A DNA stretch of 61,713 nt, counting the filler. It is 5 parts of 5 records of this genome, joined end to end, with 100 filler letters (N's around TTAATTAATTAA, not from the genome) between each part and the next. Parts side by side here need not be neighbours in the genome. Positions count along the whole stretch, not along the records: positions 46,023 to 61,713 come from SRR20825010_2381; 4 more parts are not named here. One strand, given 5' to 3'. Numbering within the stretch: position 1 is the first letter of the stretch; each line of letters starts with the position of its first letter. Positions 49,352 to 58,443 of the stretch are shown piece after piece. The notes under the pieces were generated by a model that saw nothing but the letters and a program-made list of their open reading frames with translations, did no database searches and had not been told where the DNA came from. The translations under genes were made by a program, and so were the position numbers.

Positions 49352-49672
49352 ATGGCACAGTTCCACAAAGCTCGTTTTGCCCCCGGTACGGTTGTTCGCC
49401 ACCGTCGGTTCGGCTATCGCGGCCTTATATACGATGTGGATGCGGTGTATAGCCAGTCTCCTGAATGGTATGACATTATGGCTAGCTCGCACCCGCCAAA
49501 AGATCGCCCCTGGTACCATGTACTTGTGGACGGAGAGACACACACAACATATGTGGCGGAAGACAACCTCGATGTTTGTTCCGAGACCGAAGCATTCGAC
49601 CACCCGCTCCTCAGCAGGTTGTTCGTAGCACAAGGTAGCGGTGATTTCGCGAGCCGGCACGTTGTAAACTGA
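49352..49672 (+). CDS. hspQ: heat shock protein HspQ
   Basis: F..G.VVRHRRFGYRG.IYDVD, RPWYHVLVD, TYVAEDNL; AGGAG RBS. Confidence 0.92.
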   Translation: MAQFHKARFAPGTVVRHRRFGYRGLIYDVDAVYSQSPEWYDIMASSHPPKDRPWYHVLVDGETHTTYVAEDNLDVCSETEAFDHPLLSRLFVAQGSGDFASRHVVN

Positions 49673-49751
49673 GTAAAGGCAACAGCCCCTCAGACAGAGT
49701 TTTCGAGCCCCCAGGCCCAGTGATGACCCCAGAGTTTCGGGGATGAGTAGG

Positions 49752-49783
49752 TAGAGGCGTCTGCACCCCAGCAGGCGCCTCTA
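49752..49783 (+). terminator. 13-bp hairpin ending the hspQ transcript or a 3' sRNA
   Basis: TAGAGGCGTCTGC-ACCCCA-GCAGGCGCCTCTA, then TCATGTTTT. Confidence 0.55.
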
Positions 49784-49927
49784 TCATGTTTTAGCCCTAA
49801 ACCTATACCACCAAAGCCCGGCACCTATGCACCTGACGCAAGTCTGCCATGTCAATTGTCCCGTTGCGTATGGTGGCTTCACCCAATAGTGTCGGTTCTT
49901 TCTGACAAGAATCAGGACAATAAAAAG

Positions 49928-50815
49928 ATGATTGCTTCACCACTGGTATCCACGGAATGGCTGGCTTCCCGCCTCGGCGACCCCGGAACCCAAACTGTGG
50001 ACGCAACCCTGCTGCCGGTAGACGCGTCATGGCACATGCCAGATAGCAAGCGCAACGCAGCAAAAGAATTTGCCCAGGCTCATATCCCTGGTGCTGTTTT
50101 CTTCGATATCGATGAAAACTCACACAAAGCCTCGCAGCTACCGCACACATTGCAGCGCCTTGACAAATTTCAGGCGATTGCGGGCAAGCTCGGCATCTCC
50201 AACGACACCACCCTCGTTATTTATGACGATAGTGATGTGCGCTCCGCTGCTCGGGTGTGGTGGAACTTCCGTGTCATGGGCCACCGAGATGTCTATGTAC
50301 TTGATGGTGGGCTCCAGAAATGGCGCGCCGAGGGCCGCATGCTCACCGATGTGCCAACAGAAGTTACGCCCACAACCTTCAAAGCAACCTTTCAGCCTGA
50401 GATCATGCGCTCCGCAGACGATATCCTGATGTTGCTGCAGGCCGACGGTAAAACGGGTGAGCAGATTTTGGACGCACGCGCCGCCGCACGCTTTGCAGGC
50501 AGCGCGCCGGAACCAAGACCTGGCCTCAGAGCTGGGCACATCCCCGGTGCGCGCAACCTTCCCTTCAGCACGCTGTTTGATGAAGACAATACACTGCTCA
50601 CGGGTGATGCACTGCGTGCAAGATTTATCGCAGCAGGTGTCGACCTGGACCGCCCGATCATCACCTCGTGTGGGTCCGGTGTAACCGCTTGTGTATTGAA
50701 GCTCGCGCTCGCAAGCCTTGGCAAACAGGACGTGGCCATTTATGACGGGTCCTGGAGTGAATGGGGCGGCGACATCAGCCTGCCGATTGAGACGGGACCC
50801 GCGGAGGCAATATGA
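49928..50815 (+). CDS. sseA: 3-mercaptopyruvate sulfurtransferase
   Basis: LVSTEWL, HIPGAVFFDID, ARVWW, GHIPGA, CGSGVTA, YDGSWSEW. Confidence 0.94.
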   Translation: MIASPLVSTEWLASRLGDPGTQTVDATLLPVDASWHMPDSKRNAAKEFAQAHIPGAVFFDIDENSHKASQLPHTLQRLDKFQAIAGKLGISNDTTLVIYDDSDVRSAARVWWNFRVMGHRDVYVLDGGLQKWRAEGRMLTDVPTEVTPTTFKATFQPEIMRSADDILMLLQADGKTGEQILDARAAARFAGSAPEPRPGLRAGHIPGARNLPFSTLFDEDNTLLTGDALRARFIAAGVDLDRPIITSCGSGVTACVLKLALASLGKQDVAIYDGSWSEWGGDISLPIETGPAEAI

Positions 50816-52008
50816 CCGACAACAAGCAGAAAACAGACACCTATCTGGTTACCGGCGGCCGGCGCAAGGAGTGGAGCCACGGGGTAGTGAACCCACCGGT
50901 TTACAGGGCGTCTACATGCTTGTTTGAGACATACGCGGAACTGCGTGAGCGCTCTGCCGATCCATCGGCAAAAAAACTGTTTTATGGCCGTAAGGGCACA
51001 CCAACCCAGTGGTCGCTTGAAGAAGCGCTCACGGAGCTTGAGGGCGGCGAAGGCACCATGCTGTACCCAAGTGGTATAGCAGCGATAACGGGGGCTATCC
51101 TAGCTTGCGTGCGCGCGGGTGATCATATCCTGATCACCGATAGCGCTTATGAGCCAACCCGCACTTTCGCAAACGGCCTGCTGCGCCAGATGGGTATCGA
51201 GACCACCTATTATGAGCCAATGGTTGGGGCCAGCATTGAAGAGTTGTTTCGCGAGAATACAAGCCTTGTGATTACCGAAGCACCGGGCTCGCTGACCTTT
51301 GAAGTACAAGACCTGCCCGCGATCATTGGAGCTGCCAAAAAACGCGACCTTTATGTGATCGTCGATAACACCTGGGCAACGCCGCTTCTCCTCAATCCGC
51401 TCAAGATGGGTGCAGATATTTCCGTACATGCCTGCACCAAATATATTGGCGGGCATTCTGATATCATGCTGGGCAGCGCCACCGCCAACAAGCGGGCGTT
51501 CAAGGCCCTTCAGCGCACGGCTTACCAGTTGGGTCAGACCTGTTCCCCGGATGATGCTTTCCTTGCTTCCCGTGGCTTGCGCACGCTGGGTGTAAGGCTG
51601 AAGGCGCACGAGGAAAATGCCCTCAAGGTCGCTGCTTGGCTGCGTGAGCGCCCTGAGGTAGCCATGGTGTTGCACCCCGCGTTTGAGGAATGCCCAGGCC
51701 ATGATATCTGGGCCCGCGATTTTGCTGGCTCAAGCGGTCTTTTCTCGATTGTCCTAAAGGGCGGTGACTATCCGGACACCGCAGCACTCGTCGATGAGAT
51801 GGAGCTTTTTAAAATGGGCTTCAGTTGGGGCGGCTATGAAAGCCTTATCCTGCCTAGCGACCCCAATGGCAGCCGCAGCGCCACGACGTGGGTTGCTGAA
51901 GGGCCCCTCGTTCGCCTGCACATTGGTCTTGAAGATACTGATGATCTGATCGCCGACCTTGAAGCCGGGCTAAAGCGGTATTCAGCGCACCTCAGCGCTA
52001 AAGCCTGA
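50812..52008 (+). CDS. metC: cystathionine beta-lyase
   Basis: VNPPVYRAST, YGRKGTPT, DNTWAT, TKYIGGHSD, GFSWGGYESL, RLHIGLED; ATGA overlap with sseA. Confidence 0.94.
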   Translation: MTDNKQKTDTYLVTGGRRKEWSHGVVNPPVYRASTCLFETYAELRERSADPSAKKLFYGRKGTPTQWSLEEALTELEGGEGTMLYPSGIAAITGAILACVRAGDHILITDSAYEPTRTFANGLLRQMGIETTYYEPMVGASIEELFRENTSLVITEAPGSLTFEVQDLPAIIGAAKKRDLYVIVDNTWATPLLLNPLKMGADISVHACTKYIGGHSDIMLGSATANKRAFKALQRTAYQLGQTCSPDDAFLASRGLRTLGVRLKAHEENALKVAAWLRERPEVAMVLHPAFEECPGHDIWARDFAGSSGLFSIVLKGGDYPDTAALVDEMELFKMGFSWGGYESLILPSDPNGSRSATTWVAEGPLVRLHIGLEDTDDLIADLEAGLKRYSAHLSAKA

Positions 52009-52011
52009 CCA

Positions 52012-53298
52012 TCAGAAGCGTAACCGGTAGCTGACCTGCACAATATCCTGTGTCTGGTCGGCAGCATAGCCAATGGTTTTGCGCGCAGGGCGCCAACTAT
52101 CGAGCCGCAGCCATTCCAAAATCAACTGATCATTTGCCCTGAAGTCGCGCGATACGGCAATCGTCCACGCATGGCCCCACTCGTCATTATTGTCCTCGGC
52201 CTTAAAGCTATTATCAGTGGTCTCGAACCAGTCATAGCGCGCGCTCACCCGGTTCTTACCAAACTTATGGCTTGCAAGAGCAAAAACAGCCTCGAAATCC
52301 ACATCAACGGAGCGTTTTCCGCCATACTTCAAAAAGCCCATCTTTGTATTGCCGCGCATATACTGGCTGAGAAGCGTCAGCCCTTTTATAGGTGAGGCCT
52401 CAACATAGGCGTTCCAGAACCTGGTATCCCATGCGTATTGTTTGCGCTCCAGCACCTCAGGGTCCCCACGGTTATCATAGTAGAAAGCCCCGGCCTTGAA
52501 GCGCTTGGCATAGTCCCAGTCAAGCGACAGGTAATATCCGGGCCTGCCATCCACTTCGCTTATGGGGTGAACCCAGAAAGGCTGATTTGAAAGGAAATCA
52601 CTATCCGGCCCGATGGAGGGGATATGTGCGAGAGGCAGTTGGCTAAAAGCACCAACCTTATAGTCGTTCAGCGCCCAGCCCCGAAACGCCAGCAATGTGC
52701 CAGCGGGATCGTTAAAACCAAAAAGCGCTGCGGTTAGTGAGAATTTGTGAGCGCCTGTGCGGTATGTTGCTTTACCTTCCGCAGCCAAAGCCCTGATTTC
52801 TTCGCCCACCCAGCTGTTGATGGCGGAAGGCGTTATGGTATAGGGGCTTGTCCAGGCAACACCGGTATTCTCACGCGAGATATGGGGGAACATCAGCCCC
52901 AAACGGAACTCATAGGCAAGCGCTGAGGTTGGTGCTGGGTGGTACGTTAGATACCCCTCAACCAAATCCAGAGGTTTATTTTGCTCTGGGTCATATTTTG
53001 CATGAACGAAGGCCCCAATGTCCCATGTGATCTCGGCTTTGGCCAGAATGGAAAATTCAGCCAGTCTAAGTTTTTCTTGGTTCCCGTTACCCCAATGTTC
53101 ACCGCCATAGCGCCCTTTACCCAACCAGTCGTTAAACCAGCTGGGTTCCCCGTCTGCTATGGAAAGCCTAGTATCTGCCAGAAAATCAACATCCAGACTG
53201 GGAAGACCAGCCGCCGCTTGGGCACTAGATGACGCAAACATCGTAGCAAGCCCTATAGATACAGCTCCTGCCCTCAGAGCATGGCTAGCGCGAGACAT
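52012..53298 (-). CDS. hypothetical outer-membrane beta-barrel protein
   Basis: Signal peptide ending SSAQA; aromatic-rich alternating strands; C-terminal QVSYRLRF beta-signal; GAGGAGG RBS lies inside the upstream gene. Confidence 0.7.
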   Translation of the reverse strand: MSRASHALRAGAVSIGLATMFASSSAQAAAGLPSLDVDFLADTRLSIADGEPSWFNDWLGKGRYGGEHWGNGNQEKLRLAEFSILAKAEITWDIGAFVHAKYDPEQNKPLDLVEGYLTYHPAPTSALAYEFRLGLMFPHISRENTGVAWTSPYTITPSAINSWVGEEIRALAAEGKATYRTGAHKFSLTAALFGFNDPAGTLLAFRGWALNDYKVGAFSQLPLAHIPSIGPDSDFLSNQPFWVHPISEVDGRPGYYLSLDWDYAKRFKAGAFYYDNRGDPEVLERKQYAWDTRFWNAYVEASPIKGLTLLSQYMRGNTKMGFLKYGGKRSVDVDFEAVFALASHKFGKNRVSARYDWFETTDNSFKAEDNNDEWGHAWTIAVSRDFRANDQLILEWLRLDSWRPARKTIGYAADQTQDIVQVSYRLRF

Positions 53299-55621
53299 AC
53301 CCGCCCTCCTCCAGGAATTTTTCAAGCTCCGCAGCCGGTACAGGGCGAGAGATATGATAACCCTGAAGGGTGTCACAGCCATATTCCTTCAGGCGCTTGA
53401 CCGATTCTTCATCCTCCACGCCTTCTGCCGTCACCTTGAGGCCAAGGTTGTGACCGAGCTCAATTGTGGAACGCACGAGGATATTGTCCTCATCGTTTTC
53501 AGCTAACGTCATAACAAATGACTTATCGATCTTGATTTCACTCACCGGCAGTTTCTTGATGTAGCTGAGAGACGAGTACCCGGTGCCATAATCATCGATT
53601 GAGAGCGTAAGCCCCATCGCGTGTAGCATGTTGAGAACATCAAGCGCGCGGTCCATATCATGCATCACGGCGCTCTCGGTCACCTCAAGCTTCAGAAAAC
53701 CCGCAGGCAACTTATATTGTTTCAGCAGTTGTAGTATCTGGCCCGGCAGGCCCTGGTTCATCAGGTCATTGGTGGACAAGTTTACCGCAACCGCAAGTTC
53801 CAGTCCTTTCCCGCGCCACTCCGCCGCTTGTTTCACGGCGGCATCAAGGCCCCATTCGGTCAGGTGCCGCACGTCACCTGTACGCTCAGCATGCGGAATA
53901 AATTCATCCGGTGCCACAAAGCCCCGCGTTGGGCTAATCCATCGCACCAAAGCCTCTACAGACGTCACCTTGCCCGTCGCCAAATCAAGCTTTGGCTGAT
54001 AGGCGAAGCGGACCTCGCCGTTTTTGAGCCCAACCCGCAATTCACTCATCATGGACAGGCGCTGCATTTGCGACTTGTCGCTATCGGGGTCGTACCAGGC
54101 AAAACCCTTCTGAACCAAGCGGCCTTTATCAAGGGCGGCATAGGCGTGACGCAAGAGCACAGCACTGTCGTCACCGTCACCGGGGAATTTCACAAGGCCC
54201 AATTTGGCACGCGCATCAATGATGATGCTGGCCACGTCAAACGGGGTCATGAAGCTGTTCATCACAAGTGAAGCCACGGTGTCAGCTTCGCTCGCATCCT
54301 CTAGAATAAAAGCAAAACTTTCAGTGGCGATACGCGCGATCTCCGTATCCGCCAGTTGGTTAATCCGTTCACCAACGCAGACCATCAGGTCGTTGATATT
54401 TCTGTGGTTCAAAACGCTGCGAAGTTCAGGCACCTGCTGAACCTCAATCACCAGCACCACAAATGAGCTACTTTTCGCAATCTGTTCCTCAAGCATTTCC
54501 TCAAACATCAATCTGTTCGGGAAACCTGTCTCGCTATCATGGAAAGCCTGGAAGCGGATTTTATTCTCACGCTCCTGTACCGCTCCCACCATCTGGTTGA
54601 AGCTCATGGTCAGGTCAGCAACCTCATCGCCCTTAGTGGGGGCATCCACTTCCTGATATTCACCAGCAATAATGCGTTGCGCTGCTTCCGCAAGGCGCCT
54701 GAGAGGGCGCGTCACCCCACGCGAAACCACTACACTGCCGCTGATAAGCAGCAGCAACCCACCAATCAGGATACCCACCATGGCGACAACGAGCGGATCA
54801 AATGGCTCGAGCGCCACATCGACGGAATAATAAAGTAACGCGCTAATCTGTGCAGCATCATCGCTGGCATGTAACGGCAAGCGCCAAAACAAGTGATCCT
54901 GACCGTTAAAGTCAGCGTCAAACACTGGGGCTTCCGGCAGATTTTGCGTCAAAAATTCCGTCATCACCTGACGCTCAGACGTCGCGCCCGCTAGCGCGTA
55001 ACGTCCGTCGTCCTCGCGGTAGATAAAAGCGATCTCAAGATCAATCGGCGACAAAGCTTTGATTTCGAGTGCTGTTGCTTCATCCAGCTCCATACCAAAG
55101 GCGATCCAGGCTGTTGGTATAGGCGCAAGCACAGGCACAACCACCAGCTCATAAACCCGTCCACCGATTTCAACCATGCGGGTAGCCACACCGTCGCTTT
55201 CAGCCGTGACCTTCATCTCGTCAGGAATGGCAGTAGTTAAGGTTTTCTCATCTCCTGCACCTATTGTCGCAATCACCTCGTCGTCGAGGTCGAGGATATA
55301 TGCCAAGTCAGCACCAAGCCGGGCTCGGTGATTCCTGAGCGCAGACATCACCGTAGCCTGATCATCAGGGTTATTAATCGCATCGCGGAAGCCATAATCC
55401 CGCGCCAGCAATAGGGCATTCGCAGCAAGTTTCTCAACTCGGTCATCAATAATGCGCTCAAACGTGCGCGCGGACGACCCAAGTTGCTCCTGAATCTGCT
55501 CCCTCACATTCTGGGTAACAGACTGGTAGAAGGCGAGCGCGATCACACTCATGACCACCAGAAACAGGGCCAGATAAACGATCGTCAGCTTTGTTTGAAA
55601 CTTGAAGCGAAACATCTTCAA
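53285..55621 (-). CDS. membrane c-di-GMP phosphodiesterase: TM-dCache-TM-HAMP-degenerate GGDEF-EAL
   Basis: Two TMs, HAMP (TRPLRRL..AA..I...DEV..L..SFN.M), DSETGFPNR, GGDEF replaced by ATESF; intact EAL, VNLS, EVTE, DDYGTGYSSL, KID, EGVE, QGY. Confidence 0.9.
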   Translation of the reverse strand: MKMFRFKFQTKLTIVYLALFLVVMSVIALAFYQSVTQNVREQIQEQLGSSARTFERIIDDRVEKLAANALLLARDYGFRDAINNPDDQATVMSALRNHRARLGADLAYILDLDDEVIATIGAGDEKTLTTAIPDEMKVTAESDGVATRMVEIGGRVYELVVVPVLAPIPTAWIAFGMELDEATALEIKALSPIDLEIAFIYREDDGRYALAGATSERQVMTEFLTQNLPEAPVFDADFNGQDHLFWRLPLHASDDAAQISALLYYSVDVALEPFDPLVVAMVGILIGGLLLLISGSVVVSRGVTRPLRRLAEAAQRIIAGEYQEVDAPTKGDEVADLTMSFNQMVGAVQERENKIRFQAFHDSETGFPNRLMFEEMLEEQIAKSSSFVVLVIEVQQVPELRSVLNHRNINDLMVCVGERINQLADTEIARIATESFAFILEDASEADTVASLVMNSFMTPFDVASIIIDARAKLGLVKFPGDGDDSAVLLRHAYAALDKGRLVQKGFAWYDPDSDKSQMQRLSMMSELRVGLKNGEVRFAYQPKLDLATGKVTSVEALVRWISPTRGFVAPDEFIPHAERTGDVRHLTEWGLDAAVKQAAEWRGKGLELAVAVNLSTNDLMNQGLPGQILQLLKQYKLPAGFLKLEVTESAVMHDMDRALDVLNMLHAMGLTLSIDDYGTGYSSLSYIKKLPVSEIKIDKSFVMTLAENDEDNILVRSTIELGHNLGLKVTAEGVEDEESVKRLKEYGCDTLQGYHISRPVPAAELEKFLEEGGYVSR

Positions 55622-56259
55622 TAACTTTCATCGGCCGGAGGTTGTTGCTCACGGCGCACTGAGCGCAAATCAACGGTCATTGACGTTATGGTTGGTGCTG
55701 CTTCATCCAGCATTACGTTCAAAGGTGCAGTCTCGCCGCGTTTTGCATCCGGGTGCCATACATTAAGCTGGTATTCACCGGCTTGTAGCCCTTCAAAGGT
55801 CAGCATGCCATCCGCGTCCGTTTTGCCCACAACCGGCGCTTCGCTTACATAGATGAAGGCGAGCATATTATCATGAATATTACAGCCAAGCGCTATGATG
55901 CCCGGCTTGTCAAAGGTAATCGTATTGGTCGTATCCTGACCATAAAGCCTTAGTTCAAAACGCTTGGGTTTCGAGAAAGAATAAACCTGGTGGCGAAACT
56001 CGTCGAGATTGGGGAACGTGACAGTAGTGCCCACACTGATCGGCAATACAAAAGGCCGGAAAAGTGTGTCCTGCTGGGTCATGGTAGCCGCAGTTTCAAC
56101 GTCGGGCAGCACCAAACCGGGCGTTATCGGTGTAACGCTGACAACAGCGTTTTCAGCAACCTGACCGTCTGTGCTCTGTACCTTCACCTGCAGTGAGGCC
56201 GCGCCAACACTCGAGAAAGCACCAAAAACCAAACTACAGATTATGAAAAAACGTATCAC
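55618..56259 (-). CDS. exported cupredoxin-domain protein ('methylamine utilization protein'-like)
   Basis: Signal peptide; F.P...VG..V.F.N.D..H.V and CNIHDNM type-1 Cu loop; C-terminal TDADG...G.Y.L.VWHP beta-sandwich. Confidence 0.8.
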   Translation of the reverse strand: MIRFFIICSLVFGAFSSVGAASLQVKVQSTDGQVAENAVVSVTPITPGLVLPDVETAATMTQQDTLFRPFVLPISVGTTVTFPNLDEFRHQVYSFSKPKRFELRLYGQDTTNTITFDKPGIIALGCNIHDNMLAFIYVSEAPVVGKTDADGMLTFEGLQAGEYQLNVWHPDAKRGETAPLNVMLDEAAPTITSMTVDLRSVRREQQPPADESY

Positions 56260-56289
56260 CCGTACACCCCCAGTCGGTCAGTCAAGATA

Positions 56290-56325
56290 TGATAATCATT
56301 ATAGAATTCTATCCTAACCTACCAA
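56290..56325 (-). promoter_or_regulatory. putative sigma70 promoter overlapped by AT-rich palindromes
   Basis: Minus strand TTGGTA-N16-TATAAT; overlapped by TGATAAT-C-ATTATAG and the ATAGAATTCTAT palindrome. Confidence 0.4.
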
Positions 56326-56449
56326 TCAATTATTGTTTATAGCAAGTCGTGCGGCAATGCCGTTAGAATGCCGATGAACTTTAGTGCATCTTGCGTTTAG
56401 CGGCGCTTTTCGCAAAGTTTGAATAACAACAATATGGGAGGATATACCA

Positions 56450-58342
56450 ATGGGGATTACCAAGAAGTTTAAATATTCGCTGGTCGCGCTCGCGGCCTCA
56501 ACAGCTCTTGTCAGCACAGCCATGACGCCTGCGCCTGCATTTGCTCAAGACACCAACCAAAAAATTGAGTGGGACCTGGCCGACCTGTACGCCTCAGCCG
56601 ATGCATGGGACGCGGAACGCCAGCGTATTCTCGACGATATGAAGGGCATTGAGGAATACAAAGGCAAGCTCGGAAAAGACGCAAAGACCCTGCTGGCGGC
56701 GATGGACAAGATATCGTCTGTACAGAAAGAAGCAGTGCGCTTGCTCGTCTATGCCGTACTGGCTGCCGATGAAGATCTCCGGGTTTCAGAGAAGCAGGAA
56801 CGCCGGAGCCTTGCTCAGTCCCTCCTCTCCTCGCTCGGCCAAACCGCAGCCTTTGTCTCACCAGAGCTCATCAAGGTAGGCAGCAAAAAAATCGAGAAAT
56901 TTATCGCCAAGGAACCGGGCCTTACGAAACACGCCTTCAACCTGCGCGACACACTCCGGCAGGAAAAATTCACCCTTGGCGAAGAAGCTGAAGGTGTTCT
57001 GGCAAACGCGGGGGACGTATTGTCCGGGCCCGGACAAATTTATGGCCTGATGACCAATGCCAGCCTGCCGTGGCCAACCGTGACGCTTTCCACTGGTGAA
57101 GAGGTGATGTTGAACCAGTCTGCCTACACGCGCTACCGCGCCGTCTCAAACCGCGAGGATCGCAAGCTTGTGTTTGGCGCCTTCTGGGGGGCCTGGAAAA
57201 CCTACGAGGCGATGTTTGGCGCAACCTTGGGCACGCATATTCAGGGGCATATTTTTGGCGCCAAATCCCGCGGCTATGAAAACGCGCTCGAAAGCGCGGT
57301 ATCCGGCAGCAACATTCCAACAGATGTTTATCGCACGCTCGTCACGGCCGCCAACGACAACCTCTCAAGCATGCACCGATATCTGAAATTGCGGCAGCGG
57401 CTGCTTGGGCTGGATGACCTGCATTATTATGACATCTATCCTGAAGTAACTGCGCTTGACCGCACCTTCACAGTTGATGACGCCAAGGAAATGACGCTTG
57501 TTTCGCTTGAGCCCTTTGGTGAAAAGTATCTGAACCACCTCCAGCACGGCTTTGAAGGCCAATGGATGCATGTCTTCCCGCAGGAAGGTAAACGCCCCGG
57601 CGCCTATATGTTCGGCTCCGCTTACGACGTTCACCCTTATGTCCTCCTGAACTTCAACAGCGGCTTTGAAGATGTTTCAACCTTCAGCCACGAATGGGGC
57701 CATGCTGTTCACACAATGCTGAGCCGCGAAAACCAGCCCTATGAGAACTTCAGCTACACCACCTTCACGGCGGAGCTGGCTTCCACCACCAATGAAGTGT
57801 TGTTGCAGGAACACATGCTGGCCAAGGACCTGCCAGATGCAGAGCGGCTCTATTACATTGACCGGGCGCTTGAAGGCATTCGCGGCACTTTCTTCCGACA
57901 AACCATGTTCGCGGAGTTTGAACTGCGTGTTCATGAGATGTCTGAAAAAGGCGAAGCGCTTTCGGGCAAGAAGATGACCGAGCTGTATCTGGAGCTTCTC
58001 AAGAAATACCACGGCCATGAAGAAGGCGTGATGGAGATTGATGACGCTTACGCCATCGAGTGGGCTTATATCCCGCACTTCTATCGCAACTTCTATGTCT
58101 ACCAGTATGCCACCAGCATCTCTGGCGGTACAGCCTTTGCCGAGCGCATGCTTTCCGGCGACGAAACAGCCCGGGACGATTATATCAGCGTACTTGAAGC
58201 AGGCGGCTCTCGCTATCCATATGAACTGCTGAAAGACGCCAAAATCGACCTAGCGTCAGAAGTGCCATACACCACACTCATCAACCGCATGAACCGGCTG
58301 ATGGATGAAGCGGAAGCCATTCTGGACCGTATGGGCAAATAA
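56450..58342 (+). CDS. pepF: oligoendopeptidase F (M3B) with signal peptide
   Basis: WDLADLY, GKRPGAY, HPYVLLN, HEWGH, AELAS..NE, RQTMFAEFE, IPHFY..YVYQYAT; GGGAGG RBS. Confidence 0.93.
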   Translation: MGITKKFKYSLVALAASTALVSTAMTPAPAFAQDTNQKIEWDLADLYASADAWDAERQRILDDMKGIEEYKGKLGKDAKTLLAAMDKISSVQKEAVRLLVYAVLAADEDLRVSEKQERRSLAQSLLSSLGQTAAFVSPELIKVGSKKIEKFIAKEPGLTKHAFNLRDTLRQEKFTLGEEAEGVLANAGDVLSGPGQIYGLMTNASLPWPTVTLSTGEEVMLNQSAYTRYRAVSNREDRKLVFGAFWGAWKTYEAMFGATLGTHIQGHIFGAKSRGYENALESAVSGSNIPTDVYRTLVTAANDNLSSMHRYLKLRQRLLGLDDLHYYDIYPEVTALDRTFTVDDAKEMTLVSLEPFGEKYLNHLQHGFEGQWMHVFPQEGKRPGAYMFGSAYDVHPYVLLNFNSGFEDVSTFSHEWGHAVHTMLSRENQPYENFSYTTFTAELASTTNEVLLQEHMLAKDLPDAERLYYIDRALEGIRGTFFRQTMFAEFELRVHEMSEKGEALSGKKMTELYLELLKKYHGHEEGVMEIDDAYAIEWAYIPHFYRNFYVYQYATSISGGTAFAERMLSGDETARDDYISVLEAGGSRYPYELLKDAKIDLASEVPYTTLINRMNRLMDEAEAILDRMGK

Positions 58343-58367
58343 GCTGGTATAAACTTACACCAAAACC

Positions 58368-58401
58368 AAGGCGGGCATATCTTGCCCGCCTTTCCTGTTT
58401 T
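58368..58401 (+). terminator. intrinsic terminator after pepF
   Basis: AAGGCGGGCA-TATCT-TGCCCGCCTT followed by a T-rich tail. Confidence 0.75.
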
Positions 58402-58443
58402 AGCTCAGGGCCTTTCAGGTAGCGCCCTGACATCATGGTAAGA

